A stretch of 64,000 nucleotides of DNA, taken from Phyllobates terribilis. Its lineage: Eukaryota. Position numbers and translations under genes: made by a program. Positions 1-10,957 of this stretch are shown here, piece after piece. Numbering within the stretch: position 1 is the first letter of the stretch; every line of letters starts with the position of its first letter. Below the pieces are notes generated by a model, which was given only the letters and a program-made list of their open reading frames with translations, was not told the DNA's origin and did no database searches. The DNA lies in NCBI RefSeq assembly GCF_046119375.1, contig NW_027362763.1:663276001-663340000 (forward strand), in the 5' to 3' direction.

Positions 1-2470
1 GGCAGCCCTCATCCCTATCCTGGTATGGATGGCACCCCTCATCCCCAATCCTGGTATGCATGGCACCCCTCATCCCAATCCCGGTATGCATGGCACCCCT
101 CATTCCCAATGCTGGTATGCATGGCACCCCTCATCCCCAATCCTGGTATGCATGGCACCCCTCATCCCCAATCCTGGTATGCATGGCACCCCTCATCCCC
201 AATCCTGGTTTGCATGGCACCCCTCATCCCCAATCCTGGTATGCATGGCACCCCTCATCCCCAATCCTGGTATGCATGGCACCCCTCATTCCAAATCTGG
301 TATACATGGCACCCCTCATCCCAATCCTGGTATGCATGGCACCCCTAATCCCCAATCCTGGTATGCATGGCACCCCTCATCCCCAATCCTGTAATGCATG
401 GCACCCCTCATCCCCAATCCTGGTATGCATGGTACCCCTCATCCCCAATCCTGGTATGCATGGCACCCCTCATTCCAAATCTGGTATACATGGCACCCCT
501 CATCCCAATCCTGGTATGCATGGCACCCTTCATCCCCAATCCTGGTATGCATGGCACTCCTTATCCCCAATCCTGGTATGCATGGCACCCCTCATCCCCA
601 ATCCTGGTAGGCATGGCTCCCTCATCACCAATTCTGGTATGCATGGAACTCCTCATCCTGGTATGCATGGCTCCCTCATACCCAATCCTGGTATGCATGG
701 TACCCCATCCCTCATCCCTATCCTGGTATGTATGGCACCCCTCATCCTGGTATGCATGGTACCCCTCATCCCTATCCTGGTATACATGGTACCCCTCATC
801 CCTATCCTGGTATGCATGGCCCCTCATCCGAATCCTGGTATGCATTGCCCCCTCAGATCCCTATCCTGGTATGCATGGTGCCCCTCATCCCTATCCTGGT
901 ATGCATGGTACCCCTCATCCCTATCCTGGTATGCATGGCCCCTCATCCGAATCCTGGTATGCATTGCCCCCTCATCCCTATCCTGGTATGCATGGTGCGC
1001 CTCATCCCTATCCTGGTATGCATGGCACCCCTCATCCCCAATCCTGGTATGCATGGCACCCCTCATCCCCAATCCTGGTATGCATGGCACCCCTTATCCC
1101 CAATCTTGGTATGCATGGCACCCCTCATCCCCAATCCTGGTATGCATGGCCCCTCATCCGAATCCTGGTATGCATGGACCCCCCAGATCCCTATCCTGGC
1201 ATGCATGGTACCCCTCATCCCCAATCCTGGAATGTATGGCACCCCTCATCCCCAATCCTGGTATGCATGGCCCGTCATCCGAATCCTGGTATGCATGCGC
1301 CCCCCAGATCCCTATCCTGGTATGCATGGTACCCCTCATCTCCAATCCTAGTATGCATGGCCCCTCATCCGAATCCTGGTATGCATTGCCCCCCCAGATC
1401 CCTATCCTGGTATGCATGGTACCCCTCATCCCCAATCCTGGTATGTATGGCACCCCTCATCCCCAATCCTGGTGTGCACGGCCCCTCATCCGAATCCTGG
1501 TATGCATGGACCCCCCAGATCCCTATCCTGGTATGCATGGTACCCCTCATCCCCAATCCTGGTATGCATGGCACCCCTCATCCCCAATCCTGGTATGCAT
1601 GGCACCCCTCATCCCCAATCCTGGTATGCATTGCACCCCTCATCCCCAATCCAGGTATGCATGGCACCCCTCATCCCCAATCCTGGTTTGCATGGCACCC
1701 CTCATCCCCAATCCTGGTATCCATAGCACCCCTCATCCCTAATCCTGGTATGCATGACACCTCTCATTCCAATCCTGGTATGCATGGCACCCCATCTCTC
1801 ATCCTGGTATGCATGGCACCCTCATCCCAAATTTGATATACATGGCATCCCTCATCCCCCAATCCTGGTATGTATGGTACCCAATCCCTCATTCTGGTAT
1901 GCATGGCTTCCTCATCCCCAATCCTGGCATGCATGGTACCCCTCATCCCCAATCCTGGTATGCATGGCCCCTCATCTGAATCCTGGTATGTATGGCCCCC
2001 CCAGATCAATATCCTGGTATGCATGGCACCCCTCATCCCTATCCTGGTATGGATGGCACCCCTCATCCCCAATCCTGGTATGCATGGCACCCCTCATCCC
2101 CAATCCTGGTATGCATGGCACCCCTCATCCCCAATCCTGGTTTGCATGGCACCCCTCATCCCCAATCCTGGTATCCATAGCACCCCTCATCCCTAATCCT
2201 GGTATGCATGGCACCCCTCATCCCCAATCCTGGTATGCATGGCACCCCTCATCCCCAATCCTGGTATGCATGGCACCCCTCATCCCCAATCCTGGTTTGC
2301 ATGGCACCCCTCATCTCCAATCCTGGTATGCATGGTACCCCTCACCTTGGTATGCATGGCACCTCATCCCTCATCCTGGTATGCATCGTACCCCGCATGC
2401 CTATCCTGGTATGTATGGTACCCCTCATCCTGGTATGCATGGCACCCCATTCCTCATCCTGGTATGCATG
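1..2470. repeat. Minisatellite, ~31-bp unit CCTCATCCCCAATCCTGGTATGCATGGCACC (runs off window start)
   Basis: 31-bp period seen directly (TCATCC at 131 and 162), with 30-bp and shorter variants; explains the overlapping GMHGTPHP/WYAWHP ORFs in all frames. Confidence 0.95.
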
Positions 2471-2475
2471 GTACC

Positions 2476-3348
2476 TGTAGCGTCGGCGTCTCTGCCTCCT
2501 GCCAGGCAGAGACGCCATTCCCCTCACCGCTGCGGTCCCGGTCCGGTGTCCTCCAGCTCCCCTGCTGTTTCTGCTGTTGTGCGCACCGTGCACAGCTTCC
2601 CGGGCACTGTGCTTATGGGGGGGGGGGCGCACGCTCCCTCCCTCTTAAAGGGGCCGCACGCGCTTTCCTAAAGAGTCCCCGGCCAATGCCCGGAGGACCA
2701 CTCCTATATAAAGCACCTCCTCCAAAATGGAGGTGCCTGTGCAAGGTTGTTTTTTGTGTGCTAACACTCTCCTCAGCCCTCAAGTTCCAGTACCTGCCAG
2801 CCTGTCTGTTAGTCATGCCCGCCTGTCTATCAGTCGTGCCCGCCAGCCTGTCTGTCAGCTGTGCCCGTCAGCCTGTCTGTCAGCTGTGCCCACCTGCCTG
2901 TCTACCCGGATCACCTGTCATGCCACCTGCCGTGTCCACCTGCCTGTCTACCCAGATCACCTGTCATGCCACATGCCATGTCCGCCTGCCTGTCTACCCG
3001 GATCACCTGTCAGGCCACATGCCGTGTCCGCCTGCTTGCCTACCTGGATCACCTGTCTGGCTACCTGCTGAGCCCGCCTGCCTGCCTACCCGGACCACCC
3101 ATCAAGCTACCTGCCATGCTCATTTGCTGTACCGGTCAGCTTCAGCCATCTGACCCGTGGGAGTCGTCTGCTCTCACACAAGGTCGGTCCCAGAGTGGCA
3201 CCAGGTCCACCTGCCCGGTCCCTCCCTGGTTCACGGAGTCGATTTAGCCTCCGTGTGGCCAGGGTCGGTCCAAGTTGGCACTTAGTTACGCCTCTCTGGT
3301 CCCTCCTTGCATCTCAGCACAGAGGTTCCACCACCCGGACCTGTAACA
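2476..3348 (+). mobile_element. Solo LTR (Gypsy-type) inserted into the 31-bp minisatellite
   Basis: TGTAGCG...TGTAACA termini; 5-bp TSD GTACC at 2471-2475 and 3349-3353; TATA-like CTATATAAAG near 2705; satellite resumes after it. Confidence 0.85.
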
Positions 3349-3353
3349 GTACC

Positions 3354-3930
3354 CCGCATCCCTATTCTGGTATGTATGGTACCCCTTATCCTGGTATACA
3401 TGGCACCCCTCATCCCAATTCTGGTATGTATGGCCTCCTCATCCTTAAATCCTGGTATATATGGCCTCCTCATCCCCCAGTCCTGATATGCATGACACCC
3501 AACCCCTCATCCTGGTATGCATGGTTCCCTCATCCCCAATCCTGGTATGTATGGCCCCCTCCTCCCTATCCTGGTATGCATGGCACTCCTCATCCCCCAA
3601 TCCTGGTATGCATGGCACCACATATTCCTATTCTGGTATGCATGGCACCCCATCCATCATCCCGGTATGCATGGTACCCCGCCTTCCTATCCTGGTATGC
3701 ATGGCCCCCCTCATCCCCAATCCTGGTATGCATGGCATCCCTCACCCCAAATCCTGGTATGCATGACATCCCTCAACCCCAATCCTGGTATGCGTGGTCC
3801 CCTCACCCTCCAATCCTGGTATGCATGGTACCCCTCATCCCCAATCCTGGTTTGCTTGGTACCCCTCATCCCCCAATCCTGGTATGTGTGGCCCCCTCAA
3901 CCCCCAATCCTGGTATGTGTGGCCCCCTCA
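3354..3930. repeat. Continuation of the 31-bp minisatellite, more diverged
   Basis: Same CCTCATCCCCAATCCTGGTATGCATGG core after the solo LTR. Confidence 0.9.
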
Positions 3931-5162
3931 TCCCTTTCACGCTGCACACATACAAAAAAAACCCCACTTATTCTCATCTTTCTTCCCTGTGCTCCAGCGC
4001 TGCTGTATCCTGTTCTTCCGGAGGCCAGGGGAGGAGTGCGGCGCCGGAGTACGCACATGCCCATACCGCGCTGTCCGGCGCCATTTTGCTGAATACACAC
4101 TGCAAATGTGTCTTCAGTAAAATGGCGCCGGATAGCGCTATGCGCATGTGCCGATTCTGACGCCTTCACTCCGCCCCCGGTCTCCGGCGAAGAGAGGCGC
4201 CGCTGCAACGCTCCTCCCGGTTAGGTAAGTATGTAAGTATGGCGTCGGAGATCACGGTATGCGTTCAGTGTCTTCACATACTGCGATCTCCGGCGCCATA
4301 CACTCCTCTTACCTGTAACGGCTCCATGCGTTCTTCTGTCTGGAGCCAGGCGTGTCGCGCTTTCGCAGTCTATAAAGGCTTCAGACAGAGGGACGCTTGT
4401 ATGATTATATTATAGATATTTTAACGGCAATCAGGTCAAATATATTCAATACAAATCAAATGTTTTTGTCAAATCAGGAGAATCGAACCTAAATAGAATA
4501 TTGGGAGCTTCGCTTTTCTGTAATGGGTCCTGATACAAAGTGTATTAGAAAGTTGCAGAACTTTTCATTATACAGAGATCACACTTTATACTATATATTA
4601 TTTATAAAACCAGGAACCTCCTGTGAGTAATAATAAATAATACCGTTCCCCATATTATTACCATTGGTTACTCTGCCGGTTGTTCCTTCCTGCATTTCCG
4701 TCCTCTGGCCGAGCGCTGTCTGATATTCTCCTGTAGGCTCTTATGACTTTGGATCTCGTACTTCTAATAAGTCTTCATCAGAGGCTTCACCTCGGCTCTT
4801 GTTTGTGAAGCTCGGAGGAGTCGCCGCCTTCTGCCGGGAGATAAAGCCGATTACATAAAAATTTCATTATAAACCCAAACATCGTAATCTCGGAGAATGT
4901 GCGGACGGCATGAATTCAGCCGCTCACCTGAGCAAGAAGAGCAGCAAAGTCTAGGCAAAGTGTCTGCTGTTCTAGGAATTGGTACAGAATTATCTATGGA
5001 AAACAAAGGAACTTCTAGTTAAATGGATTAATCCCTTAACAAGGCAGTTTGTAATTTTTCTTCTTGCACTTTTTCCTCCACTTCTTTCAAGAGTTATAAC
5101 TTTTTTTATCCATATGAGGGCTTGTTTTATTCCAGGACAAGTTAAAGTTTTCAATAAAAATC

Positions 5163-5362
5163 ATATTTAGATTTGAGAGTCCTCAGTGGTTGATACCTTT
5201 TAATGGCTAACTGAAAAGATGGGAACAGATTGCAAGCTTTCGAGACTACGCAGGTCTCTTCATCAGTAGTAGTGAGTAGTCTCGAAAGCTTGCAATCTGT
5301 TCCCATCTTTTCAGTTAGCCATTAAAAGGTATCAACCACTGAGGACTCTCAAATCTAAATAT
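5163..5362. repeat. Perfect 87-bp inverted repeat (arms 5163-5249 and 5276-5362), probably an inverted Penelope-like pseudo-LTR fragment
   Basis: Arms are exact reverse complements; a hammerhead core overlaps the spacer; inverted pLTR ends are characteristic of Penelope-like elements. Confidence 0.75.
5227..5266 (-). ncRNA. Minimal hammerhead ribozyme core, Penelope-type, stem I partner missing
   Basis: Minus strand reads CTGATGA-A-GAGAC-ctgcgta-GTCTC-GAAA-GCTT-GCAATC: conserved core, 5-bp stem II, palindromic AAGCTT stem III; the upstream stem I strand is absent. Confidence 0.6.
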
Positions 5363-6012
5363 TTTACTATCTACTGGCTAACACGGTCCAAGAATATATA
5401 TTTTCCCCACAATAAAATCATTAATTGTACCATATAATGTACTGGAAAATGGGAAAATAATCTGAAATGGTGAAAAAAAACAACATTCCACCAATTTTTT
5501 GTGTTTGTGTGCGATTATGGCGATACCAAACTTGTATCATTTTGTCGTTTTACTATTTTTTAGTGACTTAAAAATTCTGAACTTTCTGAAAAAAAAAAAA
5601 ATCAGTTTGTGCCACCATTTTGAGACCTGCAGGTTTTCTATTTTTCTGGCAATGGAGCTGGATGAGAGCTTTTACAATGGAGCTGGATGATGGCTTTTAC
5701 TTTTTTCATTTTGGCTACATATGATGCTTTGATCACTTCCTATTGCATAAGGTTCATCTCCTTATACTGTAATGGTATATCCGTTATCCATTACTGAGAC
5801 CCCATTAATTCTGAGAATAGGGGAGCAGTCACTCACTGTTTTCCATGTCTCGCATTACAAGGACCAGATGTCCCAATTCTCAGGGAGACTACAACTGACA
5901 ATAGGAGGGTAGAGGGTTGGAGCGGGCGGGTATAAATCAAACTGGGTGCAGGTTGGGACTATGAAAGACAACAGTCCGTGTATCGCTGTCTGCGTACGGA
6001 CTGCAATGCATG

Positions 6013-7024
6013 TGACGCGCCCCCTGGGCGGTGTGTGCACGTGTGTGGGATACCCGGAGCCGGGTCTCTGGGGGTCTGTAGTCTCCGTGGCGGCGACCCG
6101 GTCCCGTGGCTCAGGGTGGTCAAACCAGTGGCAGTCTTTTATAGGTTTTAGGTTAATTGTCCGACTACACCACCCGTGGATTGCGGTCAGGGTGTACCGC
6201 CGCTGCGAGGCAGACCGCTGAGGCTGGTGTTGTATGCGCAGCAGAGAATGGGATGACTCCCCACGGGAGGAGTATAGCCTCAGGGCAGTGAGTGTGGATG
6301 ATGGGAGTGACGGTGCACGAGCGCAGCAGGAAAGACTCAGAGTCTTTGCAGTGCAGTTCAGGGTCTTTACTGATGATGATAAGGCAGACCCTCCCGGGAG
6401 TACTGGCTAGCATAAGAGGCCTGGTCAGTCTGTGAGCAAATAGGAGTTCCCATGGCCAGGTGGAGTTGTAGGCCTCCTCGTCTATCTGCACTCTTCCTGG
6501 CTACCTTGCTGTAAGCGAGTGGAAGTAGCCCACGTCCCTGAGTATACCGTGTGGTGCTCACCCATATGGCTGGTGACTTGGGGCCTTCTGATAGCCTCCG
6601 CTCCTCGACGGCGGTGCTGGTCCCTTGCTCGTGACTGAGCCTCCGGGCTTCTATGGCCAGAGGACCTGGAATCCCCTGCCGGCTGGCTTCTGCTGCTGGA
6701 CTTAAAGATCCTTGCAGCCTCGGACTCCGGTGTCCGGTTCTTAGATTCTTCTGCCAGGGCGAGCTCCGCTTAGCTCCAGCCCCTGGTCTTCAGCTCCTGC
6801 TCCTACAGAGCTCCTCGCTGTTACTTTCCCTGTGTCTGGAACAAACTCCAGGCTCTGACTCACTAACCTCGCCCCAGATCCAGTTTATATAGGGCAGATT
6901 CCTCCCCTCCCAGGTCTGGGTGGGCCGTGTTGCATGCTTAAGGGCTCCTGACCAGGAAACCTCCCACTTGCTCTCAGACATAATATTTCTATTACTGTGG
7001 TAACCAGACCCCTGGGGTGCCACA
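6013..7024 (-). mobile_element. Solo LTR related to the Gypsy element at 18281-29376 (diverged subfamily)
   Basis: Minus strand begins TGTGGCACCCCAGGGGTCTGG like the 18281 LTR and ends ...GCGCGTCA; 4-bp TSD CATG at 6009-6012 and 7025-7028; shared internal segments. Confidence 0.9.
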
Positions 7025-7369
7025 CATGGACTGGCTGCAGGTCTCCTGACCCGGACTTCACAGCCTCGTAGGCAGATATGGACAGTGTTCAGACTATTTT
7101 TCATGTACATTTGCCCTAATTGTGGAGAATCACATCAATGCGATACATTAATATCACTACCATTTATTGCAAAAATAAGTTGATATCTAAATAAATACCG
7201 CCATGTAGTACTGAAAGAACACCGTCATACAGCCAGCAAATAACAGATCTACTCATAATCTATTAACAGAATATCCGTGTCACACTATGAGTAAATAAAT
7301 ACCACCATATAGACATAATAGCACCAAACACTGACTAAATAATAGAGTAATGAATAACCTTGGATCATC

Positions 7370-7678
7370 GCCACACAATGCATAAATAAATACTGCCCTA
7401 TAGTGCTGAAATAGCAGCTCTATACACAGCTATGTAATAACAGTGGAGCATCGCCATGCAATGCATAAATAAATACCACCATATAGTGCTGAAATAGCAG
7501 CTCTATACATAGCTATGTAATAAGAGTGGAGCATCACCACACAATGCATAAATAAATACCACCATATAGTGCTGAAATAGCAGCTCTATACATAGCTATG
7601 TAATAACAGTGAAGCATCGCCACGCAATGCATAAATAAATACCACCATATAGTGCTGAAATAGCAGCTCTATACATGG
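7370..7678. repeat. 83-bp tandem repeat, left part (split by Helitron)
   Basis: CATAAATAAATAC recurs at 7381, 7464, 7547, 7630. Confidence 0.9.
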
Positions 7679-10107
7679 TCTACTATATAATTGTCTTATC
7701 CCGTCTGTCTGTCTGTCTGTCTTTCTGTCTGTCTGTGTGTCTGTCTGTCTGTCCAGGAAATCCCGCGTCGCTCATTGGTCCGCCAGCGGCCAATCAGAGC
7801 CGCGGGACTTCTGAGAAAAGATGGCGGCCGTTAGCGGCTCATCTGCAGGACGGAGCTGAGCGGCAATGCAGCCGGGAGATGACCGGCGCGAGGCGCTCAT
7901 CTCCCGGCAGGCAACAGCAGAAGGAACCCGACCGCCGGACCCATCTGCGGGACGGAGATGCAGCCAGGAGATGAGCGCCGCGAGGCCGGTAGCAGCGGAA
8001 GGACCGCCGGCGCCGCTGACCTCCATACGGAAGGGAGGGCCGGGGAGCGGCGCTGCGGGTCGGGATACTTCTGCTGCGAGCGCCCGCTATGTCCCGGGTT
8101 CTCACAGCGGAAGTACCCGCACAGGCAGCGGCGCTCCCCGGTCCTCACCAAGACGATTCGATGATTGGTCGCGGTCTTCGGACCCGACCAATCACTGATC
8201 TTACCGCAAAAGTTAAGCACCGCTGTGCTGATTGGTCGCCGACACTGCCCGTGACCAATCACCGATTTGGGCGCCAAATTTAAATATCGGCCGCGACCAA
8301 TCAGCACAGCGGTGTTTAAATGTGGAGCCAAGATCGGTGATTGGTCGCGGCCGATATTTAAATTTAGCGCCCAAATCGGTGATTGGTCGCGGTCAGCGTC
8401 TGCGACTGATCAGCACAATAGTGTTTAACTTTGGCGCCAAGATCAGTGATTGGTCGCGGGCCAAGACAGCGACCAATCACCGATTTGTGCGGCAGATTTA
8501 AATAGCGGCCGCGACCAATTGGATGTCAGCGCCGCTCCCCGGTCCTCCCTTCACACCCTAGCCGCATGGATGTCAGCGGCGCTGCCTGTGCGGATACTTC
8601 CGCTGCGAGAACCCGTGACATGAGCGGGCGCTCGGAGCAGAAGTATCCCGACCCGCAGCGCCGCTCCCCGGTCCTCCCTTCACACCCTAGCCACTGATGT
8701 CCCCACAGTATCCGCATGGTGTTACAAAGATCCGGACATTTGTGTTAAAAATCGCTGATTGGTCGATGGCGCTGCCCGCGACCAATCACCGATTTGGGCG
8801 CCAAATTTAAATATCGGCCGCGACCAATCACCGATCTTGGCTCCACATTTAAACACCGCTGTAATGATTGGTCGCGGACGCTATTTAAATGTGCCGCCAA
8901 AATCGGTGATTGGTCGCGGGCAGCGCCATCGACCAATCAGCGATTTTTAACACAAATGTCCGGACCTTTGTAACACCATGCGGATACTGTGGGGACATCA
9001 GCGGCTAGGGTGTGAAGGGAGGACCGGGGAGCGCCGCTGCGGGTCGGGATACTTCTGCTGCGAGCGCCCGCTCATGTCCCGGGTTCTCGGAGCGGAAGTA
9101 TCCGCACAGGCAGCGCCGCTGACATCCATGCGGCTAGGGTGTGAAGGGAGGACCGGGGAGCGGCGCTGACATCCATGCGGCTAGGGTGTGAAGCCCGCGA
9201 CCAATCAGCGATTTTGGCGCAAAATTCAAACACCGCTCTGCTGATTGGTCGCGGCCGCCATCTGCGACCAATCAGCGAGATTGGCGACAAATTTAAACAA
9301 CGCTCTGCTGCCGGCGACCGCGACCAATCAGCAGAGCAATGCAGAGCGGGGTTTAAATTTGGCCCCAAAAACGCTGATTAGTCGCGGCTGACGGACGCGA
9401 CCAATCAGCAGAGCGTTGTTTAAATTTTGCGCCAAAATCGCTGATTGGTCGCGGCCGGCGGCCTCGACCAATCAGCGATTTTGGCGCCAAATTTAAGCAA
9501 CGCTCTGCTCATTGGTCGAGGACGCCGGCCGAGATCAATCAGCAGTATTGGCGCAAAATTTAAACACCGCTCTGCTGATTGGTCGCAACCACCGGCCGTG
9601 ACCAATCAGCCATATTGGTGCCAAATTTAAACACCGCTTCGCTGATTGGTCGCGGTGGCCGGCCGCGACCAAGCAGCGAAATTGGCGCCAAATTTAAACA
9701 CCGCTCTGCTGATTGGTCGCGGTTACCGGTCTCGAATAATCAGCATTATTAGTGCCAAATTTAAACACCGCTGCGCTAATTGGTCCCGGCCGTGACCAAT
9801 CACCATAATTGGCGCCAAATTTAAATACCGCTCTGCTCATTGGTCACGTTCACTGGCTGCGACCAATCAGCATTATTGGGGCCAAATTTAAATCCCGCTC
9901 TGCTGATTAGTAGCGGCCGCCGGCCGCCACCAATCTGCGATATAGGCGCCAAATTTTAACACCGCTTTGCTGATTGGTCACGGTTGCCGGCCTCGACCAA
10001 TCAGCGATTTTGGCGCAAAATTTAAACACAGCTCTGCTGACTGCGCCCGGTCGGCCGCAAACCTATTCTAGAATACCCGATAGCATTAGAATCGGGCCAC
10101 CATCTAG
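7679..10107 (+). mobile_element. Non-autonomous Helitron with internal palindromic repeats
   Basis: 5' TCTACTATATAA then (TCTG)n; 3' hairpin CCCGAT..ATCGGG (10076-10096) then CTAG (10104-10107) before T; no TSD; flanks rejoin one 83-bp repeat unit; no Rep/Hel ORF. Confidence 0.85.
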
Positions 10108-10410
10108 TAATGTAATAACAATGGAGCATCCCCACACAATGCATAAATAAATACCACCATATAGTGGTGAAATAGCAGCTCTATACACAGTAATGTAATA
10201 ACAGTGGAGCATCACCACACAATGCATAAATAAATACCACCATATAGTGGTGAAATAGCAGCTCTATACACAGTAATGTAATAACAGTGGAGCATCACCA
10301 CACAATGCATAAATAAATACCACCATATAGTGCTGAAATAGCAGCTCTATACATAGCTATGTAATAACAGTGAAGCATCGCTATGCAATGCATAAATAAA
10401 TAGCGCCATA
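10108..10410. repeat. 83-bp tandem repeat, right part
   Basis: CATAAATAAA recurs at 10142, 10225, 10308, 10391. Confidence 0.9.
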
Positions 10411-10957
10411 CAGTGACCAGCAGTGGGCGCTCCCTGCAGAGCTTTCCTGATGCCTGTTGCTGTGCACTGTCTGTACCCGTGCAGGTTGTGCCCCCCGTCC
10501 CGCTGACGTCACATTCGCTTTCTTTCCCGTCTTCCTTTTGCTTTGTTTCTATTGATATAAATTGTGAAATAAAAAGGCAAAGTTCAGCTCGATGCCCGAG
10601 AGATGAAGGAAGGAAAAAAAAATGGCAAATCACATTAATTTTTTTGCTGCCTTATTATCAAAATGAAGACCGTCGATCTAATTAAATCGGCTCAGCGTGC
10701 TGTCACGTTGCCAGCAGCTCATTTATCCTGCGCCAGCTCCAGATCACTGTCCTTATAAACACCCAACATACGGCGAAGACTAGCAGAGGAAATATTCTCC
10801 ACCGGGGGAGACAGAGGCGCTAATTATTTCTAATGTTCTGCTCCGGAGTTCACGAAAATTTCACTGAATTCTTCTAACGAGGCGCGTCGGTCACAAAACA
10901 CTGAGTCCCCCAAACTTCCAGAGCGTCTCCACGCCTCCGTCCCACAGAAGTCATCAC

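Noticed and set aside
25-4160. Many overlapping ORFs of up to 560 aa (GMHGTPHP/WYAWHP repeats)
   Set aside because: They are translations of a 31-bp minisatellite, open in several frames and on both strands
4700-4980. GC-balanced unique segment as a possible exon
   Set aside because: The minus-strand frames I translated all contain stops, and I found no recognisable motif
5430-5750. piggyBac-like non-autonomous fragment
   Set aside because: It resembles a common interspersed repeat from memory, but no TIR or TTAA boundaries are visible
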